A stretch of DNA of 63,941 nucleotides, taken from the NCBI GenBank assembly GCA_029279965.1, contig JAJUHJ010000001.1:1-63941 (forward strand), given 5' to 3'. Of this stretch, positions 28,397 through 42,516 are shown piece by piece (position 1 is the first letter of the stretch; each line of letters opens with the position of its first letter). A model generated the notes under the pieces. The model was not told where the DNA came from and made no database searches. It saw only the letters and a list, made by a program, of their open reading frames with translations. The position numbers were made by a program, and so were the translations under genes. The DNA is from Phyllobacteriaceae bacterium (GTDB taxonomy: Bacteria > Pseudomonadota > Alphaproteobacteria > Rhizobiales > Rhizobiaceae).

Positions 28397-28861
28397 CTAT
28401 TTGTAGTAGACGTAATTGCCGTCTGCGTTCTTCTCGCGTTTGAGAATGCCGCGTTTGGCATAGCGAGACAGCGGTCCGGAGAACGCGTTCGATTTATAAC
28501 GGACGTTGAAATCTTCCTGGCATTTCTGCACCACGTCGCCGATCGTACGCTTCTCGTTGAAGAAATCGCTGTCCACGAGGCCTGTCAGCGCCGCGACAGC
28601 CCCGCTGGCGCTCGGGGCTGCGCTGGATGCGGCCGGTTGCCGCTGCCTCGCCGGCTTTGCCTTGCTTCTCTGATGGGGACGATCGCTGCGCGCGGGGCCC
28701 GGCTCGTAAGCTCCACCGACCGGCTCACCGAAACCGGAGCTGCGCGCCTGATCGAACATCAGTTCGATGATCCGCAGTTGGACAGCCTCCGACTCGAACT
28801 TGTTTATCGTTTCCGAAAGCTCGGAAAGCTGCTGCTTCAGTTCTTGAAAATGCTTCTGCAT
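28397..28861 (-). CDS. Hypothetical protein: N-terminal coiled coil, low-complexity linker, putative C-terminal winged helix
   Basis: Protein-like composition unlike antisense ORFs. C-terminus FFNEKRTIGDV...LSRYAKRGILKREKNADGNYVYYK. Alternative start at 28915. Confidence 0.75.
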   Translation of the reverse strand: MQKHFQELKQQLSELSETINKFESEAVQLRIIELMFDQARSSGFGEPVGGAYEPGPARSDRPHQRSKAKPARQRQPAASSAAPSASGAVAALTGLVDSDFFNEKRTIGDVVQKCQEDFNVRYKSNAFSGPLSRYAKRGILKREKNADGNYVYYK

Positions 28862-29155
28862 GGAGTCGTGGCCCCCGGTTCCGAAGATGCTATCGGTACC
28901 GATAGCTGTTTGCATATGGATATATAACTTTTCCTAAAGTCAGCAATACCGATGCCGAGATCATGATCCTGCCTATAATGCAGCCGCATCGTACATACCG
29001 CGTGCTTCGGTTGCTTATCGCTTGCGCAAACGGGCAAACACACACAAACAAGCGGGGAGCGGGAAATAAAAGCGTCCGCCGCGCGGCCGTCAACAGCCCT
29101 GCGCTTGCGACAGTTTGCGTCTTGCAACCCTGTCCGGGCGTACTATGCTTGGATC

Positions 29156-29314
29156 ATGAAACCGATGCCTGCCGATCATTCGGCTCTCCTTGCCCTTGCC
29201 GCGGCGGCCATGCTGCTGATGGCAGTCGCTGCTTTCGGCCTGGCGATGTGGCTGGAGAATGGGGCTGCGCTCTTTCTGTCGCTGGCACAAGCCGGTCTTG
29301 CTTGGTGCTTCTGA
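29156..29314 (+). CDS. Small membrane protein (52 aa) upstream of SCO
   Basis: Hydrophobic helix, then WLENGAALFLSLAQAGLAWCF. Co-oriented, 31 nt before the SCO gene. Confidence 0.6.
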   Translation: MKPMPADHSALLALAAAAMLLMAVAAFGLAMWLENGAALFLSLAQAGLAWCF

Positions 29315-29345
29315 TCCTGCCATTCATCCAACGCGGTGACTTTTC

Positions 29346-29924
29346 ATGATGCGCTATATTCTGGTCGGCATTGCAGCGTTTATTGTGTTGGGCGCGGGCC
29401 TGATGACATTCGAGTGGTACCGCGGCACGAATGAAGCCGAGGCGTTCGGCACCCCGTTCGAACTGGTGGACCACACCGGCCAACCGATCACGGAAGCTGC
29501 CTTCCAGGACAATCCAAGCGCTCTTTTCTTCGGTTTCACCCATTGCCCGGATGTCTGTCCCACAACGTTGTTTGAGTTGGACGGATGGCTGGAACAGCTC
29601 GGTCAGGAGGGTGAGGAGTTGCAGGCATTCTTCGTCTCGGTCGATCCGGAGCGCGACACGCCGGAGGTGATGGAGACATATCTCGGCAACTTTTCCGACC
29701 GCATCACCGGTATCACCGGCGAGCCCGAAGAGATCGCGGCCATGGCGAAGGGTTTCCATGTCTACGCCCGGAAGGTCGAGCTTGAGGATGGTGACTACAC
29801 GATGGATCACACGGCCTCGGTGATGCTGCTCGACCGCAATGGCGGTTTCTTCGGCACGATTTCCTATCAGGAGAACCCTGAAATAGCTGTCGAAAAGCTC
29901 CGCCGGCTGGTAAGGGAAGGCTGA
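29346..29924 (+). CDS. SCO1/SenC family copper chaperone
   Basis: N-terminal TM, FFGFTHCPDVCP, SVDPERDT, YTMDHTA. Confidence 0.95.
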   Translation: MMRYILVGIAAFIVLGAGLMTFEWYRGTNEAEAFGTPFELVDHTGQPITEAAFQDNPSALFFGFTHCPDVCPTTLFELDGWLEQLGQEGEELQAFFVSVDPERDTPEVMETYLGNFSDRITGITGEPEEIAAMAKGFHVYARKVELEDGDYTMDHTASVMLLDRNGGFFGTISYQENPEIAVEKLRRLVREG

Positions 29925-29952
29925 TTTCACCGGCCACCTTCCCGCACGAGCG

Positions 29953-30825
29953 ATGCCGCAGACACGCCTTTACTTTCAAAGCCATGGTGCACTGGCAAGG
30001 CAAGCCTATGAACGCCTCTGCATCGCCTTCGAAGATGATGGCTTTGCCGTTGCCATTCTTGAACTGAATGAGGAGCAGGACCTGCACGAGGTCTCCCTCT
30101 ACGCCGATGACGACCCGGACGGCGTGGAGGCGCGCATGGCGGCCGTTCTGGAGCCGCTCGATGACCTACCGGACATCCAACGCGAGACATTACCGGATAT
30201 CGATTGGGTATCGCGATCGCTTGAGGGGCTGCCAGCGGTCAGGGCCGGGCATTTTTTCATACATGGCGCCCATGAAGAAAAGCGGCGCCATGCCGGAGAA
30301 ATTCCCATCCGGATTGAAGCAGGTCTCGCCTTCGGCACGGGCCATCACGGCACCACGGCCGGATGTCTGGAGATGATTGACCGCGAGCTTAAAGCCCGCT
30401 CTCCCCGTAATGCGCTGGACCTTGGAACGGGCAGCGCCGTGCTGGCCATCGCGATTGCCAAGCGCGCTCGTATCCCTGTTCTTGCCACCGACATCGATGC
30501 AACAGCCACACGCGTGGCAAAGGCCAACATTCGCGTCAACCAGGCGGCTGCCTGGGTCGATGCGATCACCGCCACCGGCTTCCATCACCCCTTGATCGGA
30601 AGACGAACGCCTTTCGATCTGATCGTGGCAAATATTCTTGCCCGCCCGCTCATGGAGTTGGCGCCGGATATGGCGCGGCATACGGCACCAGGCGGCTCGC
30701 TCATCCTGTCCGGCATTCTTGCCCGCCAGCGCCGCGCCGTCATCGCAGCGTATGTCGGCCAGCGCTTCCGGCATGTTACCACGCTCTGGAAAGACGGCTG
30801 GGTCACCATTCTGATGCGGCGCTAG
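29953..30825 (+). CDS. prmA: 50S ribosomal protein L11 methyltransferase
   Basis: AFGTGHHGTT, LDLGTGSAVLAI, ANILA, ILSGIL. Confidence 0.93.
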   Translation: MPQTRLYFQSHGALARQAYERLCIAFEDDGFAVAILELNEEQDLHEVSLYADDDPDGVEARMAAVLEPLDDLPDIQRETLPDIDWVSRSLEGLPAVRAGHFFIHGAHEEKRRHAGEIPIRIEAGLAFGTGHHGTTAGCLEMIDRELKARSPRNALDLGTGSAVLAIAIAKRARIPVLATDIDATATRVAKANIRVNQAAAWVDAITATGFHHPLIGRRTPFDLIVANILARPLMELAPDMARHTAPGGSLILSGILARQRRAVIAAYVGQRFRHVTTLWKDGWVTILMRR

Positions 30826-30928
30826 AGCGCCGTGCGTCCATTTGGACGCACAAAGGACGCTCTATCTCATTGAATCTACACATCGTGCTTTCCGAAAATC
30901 GATTCAGATTTTCGGGCCGATGCTGTAA
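30823..30928 (+). repeat. RIME/MITE-like bipartite palindromic repeat, copy 2
   Basis: Nearly identical to 18946-19050. Its first TAG is the prmA stop codon. Confidence 0.85.
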
Positions 30929-30995
30929 GGCATGTCGTCCAGACGGAAAGTGGTTCCCTCAGGACAACCTATAAAAGCTCACAGCTAGCGACAAG

Positions 30996-31022
30996 CAAAA
31001 GCGGCCGCTTGACGGCGGCCGC
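30996..31022 (-). terminator. Intrinsic terminator of the 55-aa small gene
   Basis: Minus strand GCGGCCGC-CGTCAA-GCGGCCGC-TTTTG. Confidence 0.7.
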
Positions 31023-31051
31023 AGCAAACGCAATCAACGAGTGGGCTGTTC

Positions 31052-31219
31052 CTAGTAGAAGCCGCCACCGCGACGCAGCTGGTCGCGGTTGTAACCGCGC
31101 GCTTTCAGCGTTTCGTCGTCCAGCATCAACAGCGCGTCGTTGACATAGCGCGCGGCCTGCCGCTGGCGCGCGGCGATCACTTTATCCATCGCGTTGCGGA
31201 AAAAACCACGCTTGGCCAT
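31052..31219 (-). CDS. Small Arg-rich protein (55 aa), DUF1127-like
   Basis: Not in ORF track. MAKRGFFRNAMDKVIAARQRQAARYVNDALLMLDDETLKARGYNRDQLRRGGGFY, with RBS AGGAGA and its own terminator. Confidence 0.8.
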   Translation of the reverse strand: MAKRGFFRNAMDKVIAARQRQAARYVNDALLMLDDETLKARGYNRDQLRRGGGFY

Positions 31220-31435
31220 ATGAAGTCTCCTGTATGTTCAAAGCCCGTGTCCTACACCAGGTAGGTAAGGATCGCTGACCCTTTTTACCAGCGCCGATGG
31301 CGCATGCCTGCCATTCGATTTTGCATATGCGAAATGGTATGTTGCGGCGCAGCATCATCGACGACCCTGACGTGATTGCTCCACCACCGAATCCATGTTT
31401 AGGGTCTTCACACATCCCGCATTCGGAGACCGTCC

Positions 31436-33259
31436 ATGTTTCAATCCTTCGACAGCGCCGCCGACCCGTCACAAGCTGTGCCTCGCGTGAGGCGCCTGCG
31501 CGATGAAATGGCCGGCATGGAGTTGGATGGCTTCCTTGTGCCGCGTGCAGATGAGCACCAGGGTGAGTATGTGCCGGCTTCGGCGGAGCGGCTTTCCTGG
31601 CTCACCGGCTTTACCGGCTCGGCCGGCGTGGCCCTGATCCTGCGCAGCCGCGCAATCCTTTTCGTCGACGGGCGTTACACGCTGCAGGCACGTGGACAGA
31701 CCGACCCCGATCTTTTCGAGATTGAGAGCCTTGTCGAAAATCCCCCCCATAGGTGGATGGCGGACAATTTGTCGAAGGGCGCGCGTATCGGCTTCGACCC
31801 ATGGCTGCACACGATTGGCGAGGTCCGGACGCTGCGAAAGGCGCTGCAGAAGCTGCAGGCCGAGGCGGTTCCGCTCGACGTGAATCTCATCGACGCCATC
31901 TGGGAGGACCAGCCGCCGCCGCCCGCAGAGCCGGCACGCGTCCACCCGCTGGACCTTGCAGGCGAAGCCGCTGCCGACAAGCTCTCCCGTTTGGCCGAAA
32001 AGCTCGCCGAGGAAGACGTCCAGCATACCGTTCTGACCGATCCTGCATCGCTGGCCTGGGCCTTCAACATTCGTGGCAGCGACGTGCCGCATACGCCGCT
32101 TGCGCTCGGCTTCGCAATCCTTTCCGCCTCGGGCAAACCTCACCTATTCGTGAATCCGAAGAAGATCGCCGGCGAGGTGGAGGCGCACCTGCGTGAACTT
32201 GCGGAGCTTCATGCACCGGAAGAACTGGAACCGGTGCTGGCTTCCCTTTCAAAGGGCGCGACGATAGGTCTCGACGACGCGCTCGCTGCCGAACGTCTGC
32301 GCCTGCTCGTGGACGAAAATGGTGGCACGACGGTCAATTTCACCGATCCAGCCTCCCTCCCCCGCGCGATGAAGAACGAGGCAGAGCTGCAAGGCGCGCG
32401 CGCGGCGCATCTGCGGGATGGGGCGGCCCTTGCCCGCTTTCTGGCCTGGCTGGACAGCCAGAAGCCCGAGATGCTGGACGAGATCACTGTGGCAACACAA
32501 TTGGAAGAATTCCGCCGCCGCGCCGGTGAGGAAACGCAAAGACCATTGCGTGACATCTCTTTCGACACGATCTCCGGTGCCGGTCCCAACGGGGCAATCA
32601 TCCATTACCGGGTTACACACAAGACCAACCGCCGTCTCGCCGCCGGCGAGCTTCTTCTGGTGGATTCTGGCGCCCAGTTCGAGGATGGCACGACAGACGT
32701 CACGCGGACGGTTGCTCTCGGCGAGTCAAACGAGGAAATGCGCAGCCGCTTCACGCTCGTTCTGAAAGGCATGATCGCCATTTCGCGGCTGCGCTTTCCA
32801 CCCGGAACGCGCGGCATGGACATCGACGCGCTGGCGCGTGTCGCCCTTTGGGAATCCGGCCTCGACTACGGCCACGGAACCGGCCACGGGGTCGGCGCTT
32901 ACCTTTCCGTGCATGAGGGCCCGCAGCGCATCGCAAAGTCGGGCAAGGAAAAACTGCGCACGGGAATGATCCTGTCGAACGAACCCGGCTACTACAGACA
33001 GGGACACTACGGCATCCGTATCGAGAACCTGATTGCCGTCTCTGCGCCTGCGCCTGTTTCCGGCGGCGAGATCGACATGCACGCATTCGAGACGCTAACT
33101 CTCGCACCCATCGATCGCCGTCTGGTCGACACCGCGCTTCTTTCATCCGAGGAGCGGGACTGGCTGAACGCCTATCACCAGCGCGTTTTCGATGAGATAA
33201 GCCCGCAGGTCGACAGCGAGGTCGCAGCATGGCTGGAGAAGGCAACGACGCCACTATAG
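31436..33259 (+). CDS. Aminopeptidase P family (M24B Xaa-Pro aminopeptidase)
   Basis: PRADEHQGEY, AIIHY, DSGAQFEDGTTDVTRT, HGTGHGVG, HEGP, NEPGYY, GIRIEN. Confidence 0.95.
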   Translation: MFQSFDSAADPSQAVPRVRRLRDEMAGMELDGFLVPRADEHQGEYVPASAERLSWLTGFTGSAGVALILRSRAILFVDGRYTLQARGQTDPDLFEIESLVENPPHRWMADNLSKGARIGFDPWLHTIGEVRTLRKALQKLQAEAVPLDVNLIDAIWEDQPPPPAEPARVHPLDLAGEAAADKLSRLAEKLAEEDVQHTVLTDPASLAWAFNIRGSDVPHTPLALGFAILSASGKPHLFVNPKKIAGEVEAHLRELAELHAPEELEPVLASLSKGATIGLDDALAAERLRLLVDENGGTTVNFTDPASLPRAMKNEAELQGARAAHLRDGAALARFLAWLDSQKPEMLDEITVATQLEEFRRRAGEETQRPLRDISFDTISGAGPNGAIIHYRVTHKTNRRLAAGELLLVDSGAQFEDGTTDVTRTVALGESNEEMRSRFTLVLKGMIAISRLRFPPGTRGMDIDALARVALWESGLDYGHGTGHGVGAYLSVHEGPQRIAKSGKEKLRTGMILSNEPGYYRQGHYGIRIENLIAVSAPAPVSGGEIDMHAFETLTLAPIDRRLVDTALLSSEERDWLNAYHQRVFDEISPQVDSEVAAWLEKATTPL

Positions 33260-33286
33260 TTGTAGGTTGAAGGTGGGTACGGCAAC

Positions 33287-33586
33287 CTATCCGATAAAAT
33301 GCCGCAACAGGACGAGCACGGTCGCCGATGCCAGAAACAGCGACATGATGCCGCCGCCGAGGAATGCGATCGCAGCCCCCGTCGCCAGTGCCGCAATTTC
33401 TGCCGGACCACCCTCCATCGCTGCGGGAGCGACCAGTGTGGTGAGCACCGCCGCCGGCACGGCATTGAGCCCCGCCTCCACCCGTGGATGGATGCGCTCG
33501 AAGCGCGCGAGAACCACATGTCCGCCCGCTCGCGCCATATATGTCAGCACGGCCCCCGCGACGATGATCCAGAAGATGTCGCTCAC
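33287..33586 (-). CDS. azlD: AzlD family branched-chain amino acid exporter small subunit
   Basis: GTG start (MSDIFWIIV) overlapping the azlC stop. LNAVPAAVLTTLVAP motif; hydrophobic. Confidence 0.82.
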   Translation of the reverse strand: MSDIFWIIVAGAVLTYMARAGGHVVLARFERIHPRVEAGLNAVPAAVLTTLVAPAAMEGGPAEIAALATGAAIAFLGGGIMSLFLASATVLVLLRHFIG

Positions 33587-34314
33587 GGCCTTTCCTCTTC
33601 TGCTTTTCGCTCTCCCGGCGGCAACAGCGCGCTGAAAAGAACGCCGGCCGCTGCGCCGATCGAAACGTGCCAGGGCGAGCCGACGGTGCGATAGGCCAGG
33701 ATCGAGGCAACGGCGCTGATTGCCACAACCGGCAACCAAAGCGGGCGTTTGCGAAAGCTCATCACCAGGCCGAGGAAGTAGATGGGCAGAAGAAAATCGA
33801 TGCCGAGCGCCTGCGGATTGGGGATAAAGCGGCCAAAAAGCGCGCCGATTCCAGCTTCGGCAATCCAGCAGATGTAAAGCGGCAGCGCGACACCGAAATA
33901 CCATGCAAAGCTGATCGGGTGTCCCTGCTCCACTCTTTGCTCGGTTTCCGCGAACTGCGGATCGATCAGCAGAAAGAAGCCGAAATAGCGCTGCAACGGC
34001 GTCCAGTGGCTAATATAACGGCTGATCGTCGCCGAATAGAGGATGTGGCGGAAATTGACCGCGAAGATGGAAAAGACGATCAGCCACGGCGCGACATTCG
34101 CGCCGAAAAGGTCGATGCCCACCATCTGACTGGCACCGCCAAAGATGGCAGCGCTCATCAGCACGGCTTCAAATGTGGTGAACCCGTTTTCAACGGCCAC
34201 CATGCCGAACAGCACTCCGAAGGGTGCCACCGCCACAATCACGGGAATGCTTGCCCGCACACCCTGGAAAAACTCGCTTCCTCGATGTGGCTCAATGTCA
34301 CTGCTGGCGGACAT
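33583..34314 (-). CDS. azlC: AzlC family branched-chain amino acid exporter
   Basis: PFGVLFG, FGGASQ, VNFRHILYS, LGIDF. Confidence 0.9.
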   Translation of the reverse strand: MSASSDIEPHRGSEFFQGVRASIPVIVAVAPFGVLFGMVAVENGFTTFEAVLMSAAIFGGASQMVGIDLFGANVAPWLIVFSIFAVNFRHILYSATISRYISHWTPLQRYFGFFLLIDPQFAETEQRVEQGHPISFAWYFGVALPLYICWIAEAGIGALFGRFIPNPQALGIDFLLPIYFLGLVMSFRKRPLWLPVVAISAVASILAYRTVGSPWHVSIGAAAGVLFSALLPPGERKAEEERP

Positions 34315-34493
34315 GCAATCTCCAGGAGCATTTTACAGCCAGATATGTCTCATCCGGCTTCCGCGCAACGGCGGAAAAACAAGGGAATCGGACGTTCTTT
34401 ATGCCCCGACGGGGCACGGCAGGCGCTACGAAAATAGATCAGCGGTGCTGAACTATATGTCGGTTTCTTCATAAGTGATGAAGGGTGGTCATG

Positions 34494-38368
<3,875 letters not shown>

Positions 38369-38379
38369 GGCCCCCGCGA

Positions 38380-39246
38380 TCAGCTCCCCGTAATCAGTGA
38401 AGCGGCTTTGGAAATCCAGGATCCGGTGTTTTCCCGTGGTTCCAGACCACCGGATTGCAGCAGGGCGTAGGAATCCTGATACCACTCGCTTTCGGGATAG
38501 TTGTGTCCAAGGACGGCGGCCGCGGTCTGTGCCTCGGACGTGATACCCATCGCAAAATACGCCTCCACGAGCCGCGCCAACGCCTCCTCCACGTGGCGCG
38601 TGTTGGCATAATTTTCCACGACCCCACGGAAGCGCCGAATGGCCGCAATATATTCGCGCCGCTCCAGATAATAACGTCCGACCTGCATCTCCTTGCCGGC
38701 AAGCTGATCCTGCGCAAAGCGGATCTTGGCTTCCGCATCGGGAACATATTCCGAATCCGGCCAGCGCTGCACCACCTGCTCCATCGCTTCGATGGTCTGC
38801 CTCGAAGAGCGTTGATCCTGCGTTACATCGCGAATCTGCCTGAAATGACTGAGGCCTACCAAATATTGCGCGTAAGCTGCATCCTCGCTCGTCGGGTAGA
38901 GCGAAATATAACGCTCTCCGGCGCTCACCGCTTCAGTGAAATTGCCGCTTCGGTAGTTCGCGAAAGTGTTCATCAGCAGCGCCCTGCGGGCGAACTCCGA
39001 ATACGGATGCTGCCTGTCGATCGCCTCGAACTTGGCGATCGCCTCTTTCATTTGCCCTGCCTCCAGGTTTGCAAGGCCCTGATTGTAGAGCGTGTCGGCC
39101 GGCTCAAGATTCTCGGTGTAGGCGGAAAGATCAAGATCCTTTTCCGCATTGCAACCGGCCAACAGGAAGGGCACGGAAAATGCGGCGAACACCAGCGCTC
39201 GGCCCGGTGAGCGGTGAGAATTGCTGGCAATGCTTTTCAAGAACAT
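38380..39246 (-). CDS. bamD: Outer membrane protein assembly factor BamD (lipoprotein)
   Basis: Lipobox LLAGC, TPR repeats, [16 protein letters not shown]. Confidence 0.95.
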   Translation of the reverse strand: MFLKSIASNSHRSPGRALVFAAFSVPFLLAGCNAEKDLDLSAYTENLEPADTLYNQGLANLEAGQMKEAIAKFEAIDRQHPYSEFARRALLMNTFANYRSGNFTEAVSAGERYISLYPTSEDAAYAQYLVGLSHFRQIRDVTQDQRSSRQTIEAMEQVVQRWPDSEYVPDAEAKIRFAQDQLAGKEMQVGRYYLERREYIAAIRRFRGVVENYANTRHVEEALARLVEAYFAMGITSEAQTAAAVLGHNYPESEWYQDSYALLQSGGLEPRENTGSWISKAASLITGS

Positions 39247-39399
39247 TCGCGCTACGTCCCTCCGGATGACGACGTCTTCTGAACGCAGTCATAATGCATA
39301 AACCAAAGATGCGGCAACGCCATCGGGCTTCAATAGCGCTTTTTTGTGGCAAGGGTGGAAAATCGCCGGTGAATGCCCGTTTGGCAGCACGACGCGAAG

Positions 39400-40350
39400 C
39401 TACGGCATCCAGGGCGCGTAAACGGGCGCGTTGACGGCAACCATCTCCGCAGCACGGCCATGTCCGCGCCGCGACGTTTCCACGATCTCGAAGGCGGAAC
39501 GGTCACTCAGCAGATGTCGTAACGCATCAGCATTGACCCGGTGTCCGCCACGATAGGAACGGAAACAGCCGATGAACCGCGCCCCGGCAAGGGCAAGATC
39601 GCCAACGGCATCCAGCATCTTGTGGCGCACGAACTCGTCCGGGTACCGCAGGCCTTCCGCATTGATGACGCGGTGATCCTCACCGATCACAAGCGAATTC
39701 TCCAGCGACGACCCCAGCGCATAGCCCGCCGCCCAGAGCCGCTCCACATCCTTGATGAAACCGAAAGTGCGCGCCTTGGCCACCTCGCTTGCGAACACCT
39801 CCGCATTCATGTCAGTGGCAAAGGACTGGCGCCCGATCGCCGGGCTCTCGAAGTCGATATCGATCTCGAAGCGCGTGCCGTCATAGGGCCTGAACGCCGC
39901 CCATGAACTGCCGCTCTCGATCCTCACAGGCTTTACGATGCGGATGTATCGCCGCTTCTCGCTCAATTGTGCGATCCCGACGCGCCGAAAGCCTTCCACA
40001 AAGGCGGTCGCGCTGCCATCCATGATCGGCACTTCCGGCCCATCGATCTCGATCGAAACATTGTCGATTCCCATGGCCGACAACGCCGCCATGAGATGTT
40101 CGACCGTCGCGACGTGATCGCCCGCAGGATCTCCCAACCCGGTACACAGATCCGTGGCGCCCACCTCGGTGGCGAGCGCGCGAATCATCTGTCCCGACGC
40201 GCCGGCATCGACGCGCTGGAAAACAACGCCTGTATCGGCATCGGCAGGCGCAAAGCGAATGGAAACGGCAGCGCCGCTGTGGACGCCTACACCGGACAGC
40301 GTGAGGCTCGACTTGAGAGTCGTTTGATATTCCAACAATTCCACCCCCAA
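39400..40350 (-). CDS. lpxC: UDP-3-O-acyl-N-acetylglucosamine deacetylase
   Basis: GVGVHSG, TVEHLMAAL, EVPIMDGS, ARTFGF, RHKMLDAVGDL. Start uncertain (TTG 40350 or ATG 40386). Confidence 0.96.
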   Translation of the reverse strand: MGVELLEYQTTLKSSLTLSGVGVHSGAAVSIRFAPADADTGVVFQRVDAGASGQMIRALATEVGATDLCTGLGDPAGDHVATVEHLMAALSAMGIDNVSIEIDGPEVPIMDGSATAFVEGFRRVGIAQLSEKRRYIRIVKPVRIESGSSWAAFRPYDGTRFEIDIDFESPAIGRQSFATDMNAEVFASEVAKARTFGFIKDVERLWAAGYALGSSLENSLVIGEDHRVINAEGLRYPDEFVRHKMLDAVGDLALAGARFIGCFRSYRGGHRVNADALRHLLSDRSAFEIVETSRRGHGRAAEMVAVNAPVYAPWMP

Positions 40351-40562
40351 CAAGCCCGCCCGCTTGGTGTGTGTTTCTGATTTCATTCGGACGGCTCTGC
40401 ACCATGGAGCGGCAAAATCCGCGGACGCGCCCCCACAGCTATCGATAAAAAAATAATGTTCCGTCACAACCGCGCCAAATCACGCTTTCTTACCGCATGT
40501 TACGCCGCAAACGATTTCGTTCTTTGACGGATATCGCTGCTTTTCAACAGGCTTTCCAGGCG

Positions 40563-40592
40563 AAAAAAAGGCGGATGCCCCGGCACCCGCCT
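40563..40592 (-). terminator. Intrinsic terminator downstream of ftsZ
   Basis: Minus strand AGGCGGGTGCC..GGCATCCGCCT followed by a U tract. Confidence 0.8.
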
Positions 40593-40684
40593 GTTCAGGC
40601 GGAACGATTGCTGCTGCACCGCACCGCCCTTTCTCATTATTTCGCCGCATTGCTTGCTGGCGGGCAATGCCCCGCCATGCTGCC

Positions 40685-40714
40685 TGTGCGTCCAAAAGGA
40701 CGCACGGCGCGCTA
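40685..40714 (-). repeat. Truncated copy (first hairpin) of the RIME-like repeat
   Basis: Minus strand TAGCGCGCCGTGCGTCCTTTTGGACGCACA matches the start of copy 1. Its TAG is the ftsZ stop. Confidence 0.75.
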
Positions 40715-42451
40715 GTTGGCCTGCCGCCGCAGGAATGCCGGAATCTCCAGCTGATCCTCTTCCTGTGTAGCGCGCTGCGGCTGGGCAACCCGACCATGCT
40801 CGTCGAGCTGTCCACGACGGGGCGCGTAAAGCTGACTGTCGCCCTCCGCTCGGCGCGGCTCTGCCTGTCGCAGGCGCGGCTGCGGAGGCACGGACCCTTG
40901 ATCAGCGTCTTCATCGCGACGGGAAAGGCCATTCGTCAGCCGCTTCAGAAGGCCCATCGGACCACGTTCGTCCTGCTCGTAAGATTGTTCACGACGGCCA
41001 CCGCCCTGGATTTCCGCCTGCACGACCGGCGGGAAATCCTCCACGCGAGGCATGCGAGGCGCCGCTGCGACGGGTTCCGCCTGCACAGGCTCCGGCTGTG
41101 GCTGTGCTTGCATCTGCGGTTGCGCCTGTGACTGCGGCTGGAACTGCGGCTGCGGCTGGAACTGAGGCTGTGCAGGCGCTTGCCTGACGGCCTGCTGCGG
41201 CTGCGGCTGGCTTGGCTTGAACAGCTTGCTTTGCGGCTGAAAGCCACCGGTCGGGCCATGCCCGGCGCCATGTTCGGCAGCGCGAATGGCGTCCGTCACC
41301 GGATCGCTTCCCCTTTCGGCACGAGCATCCGCAACAATCGCTTCGTTTGTCTGCGGCATGGCTGCCGCCGGTGCACGCGCTTCGATACCGGCGGCGGGAC
41401 GCTGCTGGAATTGCGGCTGCGGCTGCGGCTGTCCGGGACGCGGCGGCTGGCGAGAAGCGGAAGGCGGGGAGGAAATCTCGTGTGCCGACTTGTCGATCCC
41501 CGTGGCAACCACCGACACGCGGATCACCCCTTCCAGTTCCTCGTCGAAGGTCGCGCCAAGGATGATGTTGGCCTCCGGATCGACCTCCTCACGGATGCGC
41601 GTTGCGGCTTCATCAACCTCGAAGAGGGTAAGATCGCGTCCGCCGGTGATGGAGATGAGCAGCCCTCTGGCGCCTTTCATCGAGGTCTCGTCGAGAAGCG
41701 GATTGGCAATGGCAGCCTCCGCGGCGGCCATCGCACGGCCCTCGCCGGAAGCTTCGCCCGTGCCCATCATGGCCTTGCCCATCTCGCGCATGACCGAGCG
41801 CACATCGGCAAAATCGAGGTTGATAAGACCTTCCTTGACCATCAGGTCGGTGATGCAGGCCACGCCGGAGTAAAGCACCTGATCGGCCATTGCGAATGCG
41901 TCGGCAAAGGTGGTCTTGTCGTTCGCAATCCGGAAAAGGTTCTGGTTCGGAATGACGATCAGCGTATCGACGCATTTCTGCAGTTCTTCAATGCCGGCGT
42001 CGGCTGTCTTCATCCGCCGCTGGCCTTCGAAGTGGAACGGTTTCGTCACCACACCGACGGTGAGGATTCCCTTTTCGCGGGCGGCACGCGCGACGACCGG
42101 GGCCGCTCCCGTGCCCGTGCCGCCGCCCATCCCGGCAGTAACGAAGCACATATGCGTGCTCGACAAACGGTCGATGATCTCATCGATGCATTCTTCGGCC
42201 GCCGCCTGGCCGACCTCGGGTTGCGAACCGGCGCCAAGTCCCTCGGTCACATTTGCGCCAAGCTGAATCAGCCTGTCGCTCTTGGACGTAGCCAGGGCCT
42301 GCGCGTCCGTATTGGCCACCACGAACTCCACCCCCTGCAGCCCGGCGGTGATCATGTTGTTGACCGCGTTGCCTCCGCCTCCGCCAACACCGAATACGGT
42401 GATCCTCGGCTTAAGCTCGGTGATGTCCGGCTTTTGTAGATTGATGGTCAT
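40712..42451 (-). CDS. ftsZ: Cell division protein FtsZ with long Q/P-rich linker
   Basis: [24 protein letters not shown]-terminal [12 protein letters not shown]. Confidence 0.99.
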   Translation of the reverse strand: MTINLQKPDITELKPRITVFGVGGGGGNAVNNMITAGLQGVEFVVANTDAQALATSKSDRLIQLGANVTEGLGAGSQPEVGQAAAEECIDEIIDRLSSTHMCFVTAGMGGGTGTGAAPVVARAAREKGILTVGVVTKPFHFEGQRRMKTADAGIEELQKCVDTLIVIPNQNLFRIANDKTTFADAFAMADQVLYSGVACITDLMVKEGLINLDFADVRSVMREMGKAMMGTGEASGEGRAMAAAEAAIANPLLDETSMKGARGLLISITGGRDLTLFEVDEAATRIREEVDPEANIILGATFDEELEGVIRVSVVATGIDKSAHEISSPPSASRQPPRPGQPQPQPQFQQRPAAGIEARAPAAAMPQTNEAIVADARAERGSDPVTDAIRAAEHGAGHGPTGGFQPQSKLFKPSQPQPQQAVRQAPAQPQFQPQPQFQPQSQAQPQMQAQPQPEPVQAEPVAAAPRMPRVEDFPPVVQAEIQGGGRREQSYEQDERGPMGLLKRLTNGLSRRDEDADQGSVPPQPRLRQAEPRRAEGDSQLYAPRRGQLDEHGRVAQPQRATQEEDQLEIPAFLRRQAN

Positions 42452-42516
42452 GATTTCGTCCTTTCCGCCTTTCCCGCCGCCGCCGCGCGGCTGGCCTCAG
42501 TGGGGCCGTCCCCCCG

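Noticed and set aside
18946-30928. Repeated palindromes as a CRISPR array
   Set aside because: The copies are dispersed kilobases apart, with no repeat-spacer periodicity and no cas genes.
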